Positions 41,409 through 56,730 are shown, numbered from the stretch's first letter. The stretch is DNA of 64,000 nt from the human T2T-CHM13v2.0 reference genome, Homo sapiens (GCF_009914755.1 NC_060930.1); one strand, 5' to 3'. A program made the numbers and translations. The notes: generated by a model from the letters alone, not told the origin.

Positions 41409-42697
41409 CATATGATCCAGCAATCCCACTGCTAGATATATACCCAACAGACAGAAAATAAGTATATTGAAGAGATAGCTGCACTCCTATGTTTATTGCA
41501 GCACTATTCACGATAGCCAAGATTGGGAAGCAACTCAGCAGATGAATGGATAAAGAAAATGTGGTACATATACACAATTCTATTCAGCTGTAAAAAAGAA
41601 TGAGATCCTGTCATCTGCAGCAACACAGATGGAACTGGAGGTCATTATGTTAAATGAAATAAGCCAGGCACAATGAGACAAACTACACTTATTCTCACTT
41701 ATTTATGGGAGCTAAAAATTAAAGCATCTGAACTCATGGAGATAGATAGTAGAATGATGGTTATCAGAAGCTGGGAAGGAAGGATAGTTGGGTGGTGGAG
41801 GGGAGTGGGCATGTTTAATGGGCACAAAAATCTAGTTAGAATGAATAAGATTACATATTTGATAGCACCACAGAGTGACTATAATCAACAATAATTTATT
41901 ATACATTTTAAGATAACCAAAAGAGTATAATTGTATTATTGGTAACACAAAAAATGATAAGTGCTTTAGGTGATTCATACCTCATTTACCCTGATGTGAT
42001 TATTACGCATGGTAAGACTGTATCAAAATATGACATGTACTCCATAAATATATACACCTGCTATGTACCCTCAAAAATTAAAAATTAAAAAAAAAAACAG
42101 AGAAAAAATCAATACTGCTAGAGAGACACTCATGGCCAGATGAGGATGTAAGGAGCTTGAGCTTGGACATGGATAATGAGGAAAATAGCAGCACTGAAAG
42201 TAGAGAAGGATCAGATTTGCATTTTAGTAAGACAATTCACCTAACAGATAAGAAAAGATGGGAGAGGGAGAAGATTTTAACACCAAAGTCCATGCCAGAG
42301 ATGGAAAGACTCAGAAGTAAGACAGTGGCAATCAAAATGACCAGGAAGAGTTATATTTAAGAGATATCTGAGAGATGAGATAGATAAGATTTAATGTTTA
42401 ATTGGACATGACCAGGGAGGGAGAAAATAGACTAGAAATATCTTTGCTTTCCAGGTTTGGGAGACTGGGTGGATGTTGAATTGCCGATTATGTTGAAGAA
42501 AATTGGGTGAAGTCATTGGGGGAGAAGGGAATAGATATTGAGTTGTTTAGGACATGTCGAATTTGACAACTAATAGGACATTTAAGTGGAAATTTTTAGT
42601 AGGCAATTTGATTTCCAAGCAATGTCTATGTCAGAAACAGTTCGGAAAGTTATCATGATATAGGCAAAAGTTGAAGGCAAGAGGATGAATAGGATCA

Positions 42698-43334
<637 letters not shown>

Positions 43335-43849
43335 TTAATAATTGTCATAGTCTTCAAATGTCCCATAACTATTTTCATCTTTAGGAAGGTTGTCTTTTCC
43401 AAGAGGTCTCCTTAAATACAATACAGTGAAAATCCAAAGTTTTCATCCTCCCACCTTGTCATAAACAATCAGTATAATTATTATATTGTATATGCTACAA
43501 GTAATTCACCAGTAAGTAAAAGGCAAACTAGTTGGAGCACCTGTGTTTCAGACTTTTGGAAATGCATCATTTCTAGCCCTGCTAGAATTTAATTTGCCAG
43601 TTTAGTAACTAGCGTGGGCTGTTGCACAACTAATTTGTTCATAATAATTAGCCACTGATCATAAATTATGCTACAATTGTTGAATTAGCTCACTAGTCAT
43701 TACCTGAGCAGCAAGATGTAAATCTAAGCTCAGAGGTCTTCATTTCTTGTTCAGCAAGAAAACCCACCTCCTCAATAGTCATTCAAAATCTGTACAAACT
43801 GCCTTTCTAATGCCAGTAGATATCATAATCATATATTTAACTTTCAAAG

Positions 43850-45455
43850 TGAGAAGTCTACATTATTACTTATATGTTGAGATTTTGTTGAATCTGAAGA
43901 TCAACTCTAGGAAAATTAATATATTTACATTATTGAGCATTCTATTTAATAAACATAGTATATTCTTCCATATTTATTTATCCATTTATTTACTCAACAT
44001 CTTTTATGTTGTTAAATGTCCTTAAATGTTGAAGGACAATTGGATTGCTTCTACTTTGAACTATTATTAATAAAATTGATATTAACATTGTATAAAACTC
44101 CTTGTGTGTATATCTGTTTTTATTTCTTTTGGGTAAACATCTAGATGCATAATTGTGGTATGATATGTTAAAACAAACAAACAACAACAACAAAAAACCT
44201 TTGCCTGCCCAAAATAAAAGTTTAAGAATTTTAGTTTTTATGTTTAGGTCTATGATTGCTTTCAAGTAAATTTTTCTACTTGGTATGAGATAAGGATTGA
44301 GACTTGTTTTAATTTTATTTCCATATGGAAATCTAGGTGTTCCATTTTCATTTTTGGAAAATATTATATATTCCTCCTTTTTAAATCATCTTGGTAAAAT
44401 ATATGTGTGTATGTATTTTTTGACTCCATCTGTTCCGTTAAGTTTTATCTGTATTCTTATATCCCCATCACTGTCTTCATTATAATAGCTTTATCAAATG
44501 TCTTCAAATCAGGTAGTGAAAAATCTTCCAACTTTGCTTTTTTTCATATTCTAGGTTATTGTCATCTCCAAATAAATTTTAAAATCAGCTTTATTTCTAC
44601 AAAAAAAAAAAAAACATGTCTTTAGCTTTTTAACGGATTGTGATTGGGATTGACCCTAAAGATCAATTTGGGGAGAATCGATACTTTAACTTATTGAGAC
44701 TTTTAATCCATGAACATGAGTATTGGTTATTTACTGCTGTGTAGATAACTGCCCCAAAATTTAGTGGTTTGAAATAACGAGGATTTATCACCTCATGTTT
44801 TCTGTGGCTTGAGAATTTGGGAGTGGCTTTGAGGGATGGTTCTGGCTCAGAGTCTCTCATGAGGTTGTAATCAAGATGGCAGCTGGGGATGAAGTCACCT
44901 AAAGGCTTGACTGGGGCTAAGGAATTGTTACCATGCACATCGGTGGCTGTTGACAAGAGCCCTCCAATTCCTCACTGGCTCTTGGCAGGAGACATTAGTT
45001 CTTCACCATGTAGACCTCTCAATAGGGCTACTTGAGTGTCCTCATGGTCATGGCATGATTCTCACAAATATAGCCCACATCCAAAGGAAGAGGAAATAGA
45101 ATTCAACTCTGCAAGGGAGGAATATCAACAAATTTGTAGACATATTTTAAAACCACCAAGGTATATGTCTCCATGTATTTAGGCATTTCGTTTCTCTTAG
45201 TAATGTTCTGTAACTTTCAGTGCACAGACTTTCATATAGTTTGGTAAATGTATGCCTGAGTATTTTGGGTTTTTTGATGCTGCTACACATGCATTTTTCT
45301 TTCCATTTTTTTCAATACTAGTATATAAAAATAAAATAATTTTTGTATTTTGACCTGATATCTTGTGACTGTGCTAAATCATTTAATAATAATAGCAGCT
45401 TTCCTATTGATCGCTCGGATTTTTCTACGTACACAATCATTTTGTCTGCAAATCC
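43850..45455 (-). mobile_element. Fragmented old L1M, antisense
   Basis: ORF2 antisense motifs (GATCAATTTGGGGAGAATCG, ACAATCATTTTGTCTGCAAAT). Confidence 0.75.
44718..45159 (-). mobile_element. MLT1F-like LTR
   Basis: CCCCAAAATTTAGTGGTTTGAAA...GACATATTTTAAAACCACCA. Confidence 0.8.
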
Positions 45456-45461
45456 ATAAAT

Positions 45462-46550
45462 GTGCCATATTAGAGTAAAGTCAGGAAACAGAACCCATAC
45501 CAATTGTTTTAACAAAAGTATACATACACTATGAATTGAAGATCTGAAAGACAAAAAATAGAGCACTAGTGCATGGTAAAGGTAACAATAGCGGGAATGT
45601 AAAACAAGTGAACTCATAGACACAGAGGATAGAATGGTAGTTGCAAAGGTTCGAGGAAGGAAGGAATGGGGAGATGCTGGTCAAAGGGTGCAAAATCTCA
45701 ACTAGACGGGAGAAATATATTTTATTTTTAGATCCATTGCACAGCATAGTGAATATAGTTAATAATATTTATTGTGTATTTTAAAATTACTAAGAATGTA
45801 AATTTTAAATGCTCCCACCACAAAAATGTTTAGTATTTGAGGTGATGATTGTGTTAACTAGCTTATTTAATGTTTCCACATTGTGTTCATAAATTATAAC
45901 ATCATTTTGTACCCCATACATTTATACAATTATAAGTTGCAAACTTATAATATTTTTTTTTTAAAAAATAGCACCTACTACACCCAAGACTTGGGGGTAC
46001 TAAACAGAAGAGATTAGAATTTATAAGATGTAAACGCTTAGAGGAGTGACCCCAGGACATCAAAATTTGGACCTCTGAGAAAGGAATGCTACTCAGTTGG
46101 TGCTAATGTCTCTGAGTTTGAAGGAAGGTACCCTTGAGCCTGTAACCCCAATGTCTGAGAAAAGGGTGGCAGCTGGCTGGTTCTGGTGTCTCTGAGGGGG
46201 CACAAGCAGGCTAGTTCTTCTAAGAATTGAAAAACTGCAAGCTAGATTCAACTATTGTGACTGAAATGAACTGCCATAGTTGGTGTCAAGAAGTGAACCT
46301 GAGATGTTATAAGCAGGAATGAGAAGCAAACAGGAAGTTCACATAAAGCAAACAGGAATAAACAAGTTCCTTATCCTCCTCCAGTATTGCCCACTCCCTC
46401 TAGTTGTATAACATACTCTTCTCTTGATTTGTTCATAGCACTTGCTTCCCTAGATTTATAGCACCCTCTGTTGGCTCCATTAGAAGAATTAGCAGGTTGC
46501 CAACTGACAGAAATGTGAAGAAACCTCAAAATTACAAGCAGAATCCATAA
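45462..46550. mobile_element. Ancient LTR (LTR78-like) split by an L1 3' end
   Basis: GTCAGGAAACAGAACCCATACCA start and GCAAACAGGAA repeats; family tentative. Confidence 0.4.
45593..45966 (+). mobile_element. L1MA8/9-like 3'UTR
   Basis: GAACTCATAG...GGTCAAAGGGTGCAAA...TTGTACCCCATACATTTATACAATTAT. Confidence 0.8.
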
Positions 46551-47667
46551 GAATGCTATGCTTACTAAGTAGCAATACTACCTTAATATATGGCATATTG
46601 ACAAGGAACCCAGAAGGAATTTGGGAGGTTTCAAACTCAAATACAATTGCTCTCTTCAGTATATTTGTCAAAGTGAAAAGCATCTGCAAAGCAGAGCAGA
46701 GATTTCAAAAGTCTTGCAAGCTAATAATTATGGTTTAGGATCCATCCAGCTCTGAGTTGAAAACTGAACAGTCAGGAACATTCAGTTTTCTGATTAGTTA
46801 AGGGTAGACTGATTAGTACCACATCTTCAATTCAGCCTTGACTTACACAATCCCTGATTTATAGAGGGAATCAGACACCAGTAGATATGCCAGGATCAAA
46901 TGGGTGAATCTATTAGCTAAGATGTCTACAATTTTGCAGATATACCACTGGCATTCAAAAAGAATAAAGAAACTTGTTACAAAAACAGGACCTCATAACC
47001 AAAAAAAAAAAAAAAAAAAAAGAGAGAGAGAGCAAACAAACAGTAATAACTAAACTAAAGATGATCTAAGAATTGGAGTTATCTGACAAGGACTTCAAAA
47101 TAACTATTATTATCATGTTCAAGAAAATAGAAGGAAACATGGGACAAAAAAAATGAATGGAAAGATAAAAGTAACTAAAGAACAAAAATATAGATATACA
47201 AAAATTAAATGGACATTCTAGAATTGGAAAATGCAATATCTAAATTAAGAAAAAATTAGATGGTGTTAGCAACAGATTACATGCAGCAGAAGGAGGATTG
47301 GTAAACTGGAAAAGAGCTTAATAAAAATTATCCAAATTGAAGTACACAGGGAAAATAATAAACCACAGAAAAGAATAGTGCAATAAGACAACATGGTCTA
47401 ACATATATAAAATTGGAGTTCCAAAAGGAAAGGATAGGAAGGACAGGGAGGAAGTAAGATTTGAAGAGATAATGGCCAGTAATTTTCTAAAACCAATGAA
47501 GTCTCCCAACTCACAGATTCTAGAAACTCAGTGAACCCCAAACAAGATAAATCAAGCATGAGTATATAAAATTATATTAGATCAACTGTAATAATACTGC
47601 TAAAAACAAAAGTTACAGAGAAAATATTTTTTAAAGCAACCAGAAAAAAAAAGACACATAATCTTCT

Positions 47668-47735
47668 GGACTAGCCAGAGTTGTTTTTTTTTTTTCCCAC
47701 CAGAACTGATAAGATAGATAGATGGATAGATAGAT

Positions 47736-47778
<43 letters not shown>

Positions 47779-48145
47779 GATAGATAGATGATATATGGAT
47801 AGATAGGTGGATAGATGATAGATAGATAGATAGATGATAGACAGATAGGTAGGTAAGTAGATTTATTATGAGGGATTGGCTCATATGTTTATGGAGACTG
47901 AAAAATTCCACAATCTGCTGTCCACAAGCTGGAAGTCAAGGGGAGCCAGTGGTGTAGCTTCAGTCCAAGACCAAAGGCCAGAGAACCAGGAGTGCCAATG
48001 TTTGAGGCAAAAGAAGAGGATGTCCCAGCTGAAGCAGAGGGAGCAAATTTACCTTCCTCCCACCTTTTGTTCTATTTGGGCCCTCAATGAATTGGATGAT
48101 GCCCAGTCACACTGAAGGGCGATCTTTTCCTGGTCTACTGATTTA
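47668..48145 (-). mobile_element. MLT2 (ERVL) LTR containing a GATA repeat
   Basis: ATTGGCTCAT...TTATGGAGACTGA...GATGTCCCAGCT...GATGATGCCCA. Confidence 0.85.
47713..47860. repeat. Compound (GATA)n STR
   Basis: Longest pure run (GATA)10 at 47736-47775. Confidence 0.95.
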
Positions 48146-50296
48146 CCTCCAAAGGAGCAATAATAAACTGAGAACTGATCTCATAGAAAAGAATAAAGAT
48201 AAAAGATACTGACATTCTTAAAATACTGAAAGAAAATAACCTTTAATTTAGAATTCTATATTCACAACAAGTATCATTCAATAATGAAAGTGAAAAATAT
48301 TCAAATGAACAAAAATAATTTGTCACTAGTAAACATGCACTAAAATAGACAATAAAGGGAATTTTTAAAGAACAGGAAGGTTATCTGAGAGTAAAACAGA
48401 AAACTTCAAAAAGAGTAAAGAGCAATAAAAATTTTAAATAAATATTGACTAAATATTGGCTCCACCAATAATAATAATGGCCTGTGGGGTCTGAGGTGTC
48501 TGCTGAACTAAAATGCATGTCAATAAGAATGCAAGAGGCGAGGATGAAAATAAATGGAATTCAATTATTCTGAAATTCTCACATTATCAGGGAAGTGGTA
48601 GAAATAATAATTTATAATAGACCACAGTAAGTCAAAATGCATGTTGTAACTTCTATGGAAATCACTAAAACAAGACTAAAAAACATATAACTATAAGGTT
48701 GAGAAAAGAAAAATGGTATAATAAAAATATATTATTCATTCAAATAATGCAAGAACTGAGAAGAAAAAGAACATGAAAAGTAATGTATGAGGCAATGGAT
48801 ATGCTAAATACTCTGACTTGAATTTTAGATAATGTATACATGTATCAAAACATCACACTGCATCCCATAAATATCTACAATTATTATGTGCCTATGCGTA
48901 TGTATGTATAAGGTAGATGAATAAATGATAAAGGAAAAGCCTACAATAAATAAAAATATATAATTACGTTAAATATAAATTGAGTTGAAATAATAATAGA
49001 GATTATTATATTGAATTATCAAAAGCTGTATGATGCTTATGAGCTAGTACAGTTGAAAGTAAATGAATGAATGAAAACATGTATATCATAAACACACTCA
49101 TAAAAAATTATGTAAAATTATGCTGATCTTGGATACAGTATGCTTTAAGGCAAGAACATTTACTTAACATAAAAGGGATGTTTATATTATATAATGATAA
49201 GGAAATCATTCCACTTGAGAATTTTAAACCTCTATGAATAAGTAATATAGATGTAAAAGAAAGACATGAAAAAATAAAGAAAACTGAAAAGAAAAGTTTT
49301 TAAATACATATTCCTTGCTAGGACTTTGACATACTTCCTTCAATAGCTAATAAAACAAGCAGATAAAAAGTCAGTAGAGATATATGATTTGAATAATAAG
49401 AAACTTGATCTAATTTATATACATACAACACTACACTCAACAATAAAATATATATGCTATTTTCAGTACACATGGAACATTTGTCAAAATAGATTCAATA
49501 TTTGGTTATAAAGCAAACCTCAACAAATTCAAAGGACTAAAATCATTCAGAGTATGTTCTCTGAACATAATGGAATCAAGCTATACGTAGATAATTTTAA
49601 AAAACTAGGAAATCCCTGCTATCTTGGGTATTGAATAATGTATTTCTAAATAACACATGGATCCAAAAATAAATGGCAACGCAAATTTAAAATGTTTTGA
49701 AATCAAAGATGATTAATATATGTAATACTGAAAGTGGGAGAATGGTATCAAATGAGTTGTTTAAGGAAAATATATAGCCTTAAGTGCATATAGTAGAAGA
49801 TTCTAAAAGATCAAAAATAATAATTTATGCTTTATCTCAAGAAGTTAGAAAAAGAACAGAAAAGTTAAATAACAAGAGAAGGAAATAATAGATAAGAATA
49901 TAAATCAATAAAACAGAAAGAATTTAGAAGAGAAAATCATTGAAGACAATAGTTGGTTCATTGAAGAGATAAATACAATTGATAAACCTCTAGCAAGACT
50001 AATAAAAGAAAAAGAGAGGAAAAACAAATTACCATCAACAGAAAGAGGAAGGGAACATTAGTATGGACTGTATAGACATTAAAAAGATAATAATAAACGT
50101 TTTTCTATCAATATATTTTGAACTCTAAGCCAAAATAGAAGTTTCCATTAGAAAACAAAACTTACTAAAACTCTAAGAATAGAGTCAAAATTGTAAAATT
50201 ATTTGCTTGATATCTTGAAATGCAGAAATTTTTTTAAAAAATTATGTGTGTATATATATATATTTATTTATAAGTAGAAGAATCTGATTAGCCTTA

Positions 50297-50611
50297 TGTA
50301 GTGGGTTAAATGCTGGCCTCTCCCAAAAGATATGTGTACTTAGAATCTGTGAGTGTGACCTTATTTGGAAATAGGTTCTTTATAGATACAGTTAAATTAA
50401 GGCTTTCAAGATGAAATCATCTTGGATTATCTGAGTAAACCCAAAATCCAATGACAAAGACTGACCCCTGAAGTCTTTGGAAGAAGTGTGACCATGAAGA
50501 CACATTGATTTTGAAAGCTTCTGGTCTCTAAAACTATGAAAGAATAAATTTTCTGTTGTTTAAAGTCACCAAATTTGTGGTAATTTGTTGTGGTGACAGA
50601 AATTTATTATA
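50297..50611 (+). mobile_element. MLT1 (C/D-like) LTR, internally deleted
   Basis: TGTAGTGGGTTAAA...GTGACCTTATTTGGAAATAGG; 5-bp TSD CCTTA. Confidence 0.85.
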
Positions 50612-50986
50612 CCTTATATGTTTCCAGTTTATTAAAGCTGTTAACAAAAATCTTCTTACAAAGAAAACTCCAGGATTAGATTGCTTCACTGATAAGCTCT
50701 TCCAGATATTTCAGGAAGAAATAATGTTAGTCTGATCCAAATTCTTTGAGATAATAGAAAGAGAGCAGAAGTATTTCCCAATTAATTTTGTAAGTACAGC
50801 ATGACCATGATGCCAAGCCTTCCTATGCCTCTTACGTGATGCCAAAACTTCAAAAGGACAATAAAATATAGGGAAACTAGAAACCAGTCTTTCTCATGAA
50901 CATAAATTCAAAAGTAATAAAAAATTAGGAAATCAAACAAGTGTTTATTCTAGGACTATAAAGGTGATTTTAAAATGTGCATACTT

Positions 50987-51438
50987 CTATTCACAATAGC
51001 AAAGACATGGAATTAACCTAGGTGCCCCTCAACAGTTGACTGTATAAAGAAAATGTGGTACATGTACATGATGGAATACCACACAGCCACAAAAAAATGA
51101 AATCATGTCCTTTGCAGCAAAATGAATACAGCTGGAGGCTATTATCCTAAGCGAATTAATGCAGAAACAGAAAAACAAATATCACATTATCTCACTTATA
51201 AGTGGAAGCTAAATTTTAGGTACACATGGACATAATGATGGGAACCATAGACACTGGAACTCCAAAAGGGAGGATGGAGGCAGGAGGTACAAGGGCTGAA
51301 AAATTTCCTAGTAGGTACTATGTTCATTATGTGGGTGATGGGACCAGTGGAAGCCAATCCTCAGCCATACGTTATATGCCCTTGTAACAAACATGCAAAT
51401 GTACCCCTGAATCTAAAATAAAAATGAAAATTAAAAAA
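50987..51438 (+). mobile_element. L1PB/old L1PA 3' end
   Basis: CTATTCACAATAGCAAAGACATGG...GTACCCCTGAATCTAAAATAAAA; degenerate TSD AATSTGYATACTT. Confidence 0.85.
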
Positions 51439-51759
51439 TAATCTGTATACTTAATTTACAAAGAGTTTAAAAATAGGTAAAACTAGCCTATAGGTTTAAA
51501 AATGAAGATAGTTTTTATTTTGGAATGTTTTATTGACTAAAGCAGGGCACGACTGGCTTCTGGTGTTTTGATAATGTCCTGTTTCTTGACCTGGGTATTG
51601 ATTACAAGAGTGTGCTCATTTTGTGAAAGTTCATCAAAATGATTGCTTATAATTTGTGTACTTGTTGTGTATGTATTATAAAACTGTTACATTAAAAGCT
51701 TTCTTCACTAGTTGTCAAAGTTGAATCACTAAAGTTTAGGATTTGAGAAACCATGTAGC

Positions 51760-53980
51760 ATTTAAATAAAATATGGATTAAAAAAAGGTAGGGCTGTGCA
51801 TTGGACTGGCTACTTATGACTGCACTGTAGAACATGCAAAATAAAAAGACAAGCTTGGTGACTGAATTTACAGTTTAAACCACAAACAGAAAAACTAGAC
51901 AACTTCTATAAATGATATGAGAGAATCCTTATTTCCTGGAGCTGTATGGCTGAAATTTCTAAAAACGAAGGCCTTCTACCATAGGTCACCGAATCACAAC
52001 ACTGAATGAATTTACAACCTTCCTATGCCTCTTATGTTAAAGTTATGGCATTGATTCAGATAGAGTGAAACTCTGAGGATTGATTTTGGGACATTTGAGT
52101 AGATAGATATTGGTGAAGCTGTGTAACTTGAATCACTGAATCACATATCCCACTGGCATCCCTTGTTACTATGAGCTGCCTTTGCTCCCCTGAGGCCATT
52201 AACCTACTCTTATCTAAAGAGTATCAACAACACCCACTAGACTAATTTTCCTGCAAGGGAAAGTGGATTATCCTCAAGAACTCATATCACCTTACCCTGT
52301 TTTCAGACCTAGTATCTAACAGATGGGTTGATTGGCTATATTAAATGATTGCCTATATTAAATAAATAAAGGGTGAGATACTACAACTTCCTTAACAAAC
52401 TATAAAGAAAGAAAACCATAGATAGCATAAAGAGGCAAAACAGCTCTCTATAACATTTCTGTTGCAGAGTGCTAGAAATAATATGGATATATTAGATGTA
52501 ACAAGGTCATCCCCGCTTAATTCTGTTTTCTAGTGGGTCCAGTAGGCATTCCTTTCACCTAAACTTTGAAAAGTACATTAGGAAACAGCACCAGCATCCT
52601 TGAAAGGCCCTATAGTGACACTTCTGTGCAGGTTATGGATGACAGTAGCAGGTGTTGACATTGAAAAGTCTCCCTGAATTGTTTGGGGATAACTGAATCT
52701 TTTCTTCAATGATGTCAGCAGCAATTAACCACCGGAAACAAAGTGTGTGTGGTTACTCTAATGGGTACTAGGGCTGGAGAAACAATTAGAATAGTTTGAC
52801 TCACACAGAGATTTCCTGTGGTTAACTGGTCATGGTGTCCCTTTGATTGAAATAGATAGGCAGCCTGTACAAGTCTTATAGGATGTTAATAAGTGGCAAA
52901 GACTCTAAGTCTGGTAAATAGAAACCTGTTCTGTATCACCATAGTGGAAAACCATGATCTCACTTAATTCTCAGGCCTGAGCCAGACCCTTTTGGATGAA
53001 GAAAGGGCAGGGTCTTCTTGAGGAAGAATTCAGTTACATTTCCAAAAATTTATACCATGACTATTCCTCCTAGCCTTTCTCAAAGTGAGCTGTAGCTGTT
53101 TACCAAGGTAACTTGTCTTTGAAAAAATGTACATTTTCAGACTTTCAGTGAATACTGGATACTGGCTCTGAACTGTTGCTAATTCCTAGGGGTCACAAAT
53201 CACATGGTGGTCCAATAGTCAAAAGGTGAAATAACAAATGAATTTTTGGCCTGGGTCTGTCCAGAGGTCCCAAATCCAGACCAAGGTTGTTTCCTCCATG
53301 CCTGAATGCATAACTGGAGTAGACATACCCAGCTACCTGTAGAATGCCCATATTAGTTGCTAGATGTGCAGAGAAATGGCTATTCTGGTAGAAGGTCCAA
53401 GCAGAAGCCTCTAAAGCTGCCATTCTCTATCAAAATAACAAAAAATAAATAAATCAACACCACATGTCTGAGGAAGTTAATGCACTATCAAAAATTTTAA
53501 AAATGCAGAGTTTGCAATTCTTATTACATCTTCATTAAGCTAGCCTATTTGGCTTTGTAGGAAACAGGAGGACCTTGGAGCATGACATGGGTTATCATAA
53601 GGTTAATCAAGATGTAATTCCAATTACAGCTGCTGTTCCAGATGCAGTCTTCTGCTGAATAGAATCAACCCTTGCTGTGGTACTTGGTTTGCAGAAACTG
53701 ATTTAGAGAAATTTTTTTCTCTTTATTTATTAAAAAATTCTACCAGACACCCTTTACTTTCAACTACCAGGCACAGCAGCACCCTCTGCAGTTTCATCTA
53801 AGAGCCATGCCAGTTTTTTACTGTTTTTCATAATCTGTCCATCTCTATGGCATCATCTATCATGCAGGACATTATGCTGATCATCTATACTGATGACATC
53901 ATGCTGATTGAACCCAGTGATGAGGAATTAGCAAATATTCTAGATATCTTGATGTGACATATGTGTGCTACAAAGCAAAA
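51760..53980 (+). mobile_element. ERVL-type internal region (gag-pro-pol fossil)
   Basis: Protease LDTGSEL at 53155-53175; RT-like GYHKVNQDVIPITAAVPD at about 53590-53643 and YTDDIMLI from 53886. Confidence 0.85.
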
Positions 53981-54539
53981 AATATTAAAATTTCTACATC
54001 TATGAATTTGTCAACATCTCCTTATGATTCTGTTTTGTTTTATAGAGCTCAATGGTATATATAGGGTACATAATTTTAACATATTCCTGGTGAAGCATTC
54101 CTTGTTATTATGTGTTTCCCTTTTTCCCTACTAATATTTCTCCACCTCCATTGGCCTCTCTAGAGACCTGTCCAGAATCAGATCTTGTGGTGGCATGTCC
54201 AGGCTTTTGGCCCATGGTAACATTGGAGATATAGCAGACTGAGTAACCAAGCTAGTAGGCCATTTAGTTCAATTCCTGTTTATAGGATGATGTATAATAT
54301 GTGTTGACCTTTCACTGCCTGGGACTGTTCTAAGCCATAGATAGCCCCAAACAGTAATTGGCTTTTTTTTTTCTATGTCCTTTCATGAAACAGAGTTGGG
54401 GAAGGGGCCGTGGCTTATGCTCTGCGCTTCCAGGCCCTGGCTTCAATCAGTGGACTGGGCTCTGTCCTTCTCTTACTTGGAGCAGTTTTGGTTCCTTTTA
54501 GCCAACATTGGTTAAACTCCCCTAGTCAACACTGGTTGA

Positions 54540-54936
<397 letters not shown>

Positions 54937-55123
54937 TTAATTTTCTTTTTCAAAGTTTTACTTATCATTGTCATGAATTTGGAAAATCAATGCTTGAATT
55001 TATTGGGCCCTCTTAACATGACATTACCAACCATTAGGTTTATAACAAAATCATTATTCCTGGAAAATAATCTACTAATTTGTAAATTGTCGTGAGTAGT
55101 AGCCAGGCATAATTGTTATAATA

Positions 55124-55481
55124 CAGTCATGTTCCACATGACAATGTTTTGATCAATGATGGACCATGTACATGATGGTAGTCCCATGATATTTTTAATC
55201 CTGTATTTTTACTGTACATTTTCTATGTTTCAGTATACAAATGCTTACCATTGTGTTACAATTGCCTACAGTATTCAGTAGAGTAAATGCTGTACAGGTT
55301 TGTGGTTTAGAAGCAATAGGCTATACTGTGTAGCCTAGGAGCAATAGGCTGTACCATGTAGCCTAGGTGTGTAGTAGGCTATACCATCTAGCTTTCTGTA
55401 AGTACACTATGATTTTCACGTAATCAAATTACCTAACACATTTCTCAGAACGTATCCCTATCATGAAGTTATTTATAACTG
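55124..55481. mobile_element. Tigger3/MER7-like TcMar MITE
   Basis: TA-CAGTCATG...ACTG-TA ends; GTAGCCTAGGAGCAATAGGCT core. Confidence 0.85.
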
Positions 55482-56730
55482 TAGTTCTTTCAGAGGACAT
55501 TGCCAACTTATTCTATAACACTTTTGTGTTTTCAGCATATAGCAATAAATGCAGAATGATTTTTGTCTTTAAAATTATACTGGAAAGAATATATTTTGAA
55601 ACACAAAGCACAAATAACTTTTATATGAGAAAAATAGCCCAAGTGAATGGATTCTTGAAAGTTGTAGGAGTTGTTTATTGCAATGTGTTTTGGCAATGTG
55701 GAAATTCTTATGAGAAAACTAGAAACAATTTTTTCCCAGTGAGAATTTTTAAGTTTTGTTCTGCTTATTTTGAATGTTCCTGGACGCAATTTGGTCAACT
55801 AACTTGCTTAAAATTATGTTTCCAAAGTTAATGCTAAGTTATCCCAAATTTGAACTGGAAATTAAGTATTTTCAATGCCAGTCAACACTATGGAATAATG
55901 GGGTAATTTGGGACTACAAATGGGGCTTTTTAGTTTTGATCCTCTAGTTCTGAGATTTTCTGAAACTAAGCCTCTCAAGAATAAGGACTACTTTTCTTGC
56001 TTTCTCACATTGACCATTACTGGATTTAATACCCAGTAATCACACGTGAAATGCTTTTTCAGTGAGTGAATAAATAAACATTTAACTATATGTAAAAGTT
56101 TTTTGAATATAAGTCAGACAGCAAATAGAATTGGGTTTGACTTATTCAGACTATTAATTTGGTTTAGAAATAATTTATGAAAATGTATGCCAAAATAAAA
56201 CATGTGCTTAATTGCATATAGTAAGTGCTTACTGCATGTTTATTATTATAACTATTGAAAGGCCAAGAAAAACTTTCCATGGCTTAAAATAACCAACAAA
56301 TAAGTACATCATTCATGAGATAAATAGCATTATTGAAAAAATAATAAATGATTAATTCTGTACATGTAACTAAATTGTTTCCCCCTTTTTAAAAACAAAA
56401 AATACCCAACAGCTTCCATTTCAAAGAAATAGTTTCTATTGGAGTGAAATAGTTGAATCAATCCTAAATGATTTATTAGAAAAATAGCTCCAAAATGTGT
56501 ACTGGAATTTAAGACATTCTTTACTCTCTCTATCCTATGATTACTGAACACAAAGTGCAAAGATAATACAGCAATTGTCTGTTTAATTTAGGTGATAGAG
56601 ATAACTCAAGACGATATTTCAGGGGGGTCCACAACCCAAATTATCCAGTTTGGCCATGTGTCTTTCTAAATACCTGCATTAACTAATAACTGCCAAGCCT
56701 CCCCTTCACTTGTTGCTGTGTTAACATGAC

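Larger units (their letters stand above)
39150..42097 (+). mobile_element. 5'-truncated L1MA (ORF2 3' half and 3'UTR) carrying two nested insertions
   Basis: ORF2 remnants (...KWDHIKIKSFCTVKETI...), L1MA 3'UTR, poly(A); degenerate TSD TCAATRYTGCTRGAGAG. Confidence 0.9.
46940..51700 (+). mobile_element. Ancient L1M (ORF1, partial ORF2, 3'UTR) with nested insertions
   Basis: A-rich ORF1/ORF2 remnants and an L1ME-like 3' end (GTCCTGTTTCTTGACCTGGGT). Confidence 0.8.

Noticed and set aside
55312-55390. Repeated TAGGCTRTAC units
   Set aside because: Largely an intrinsic feature of Tigger3/MER7 elements.
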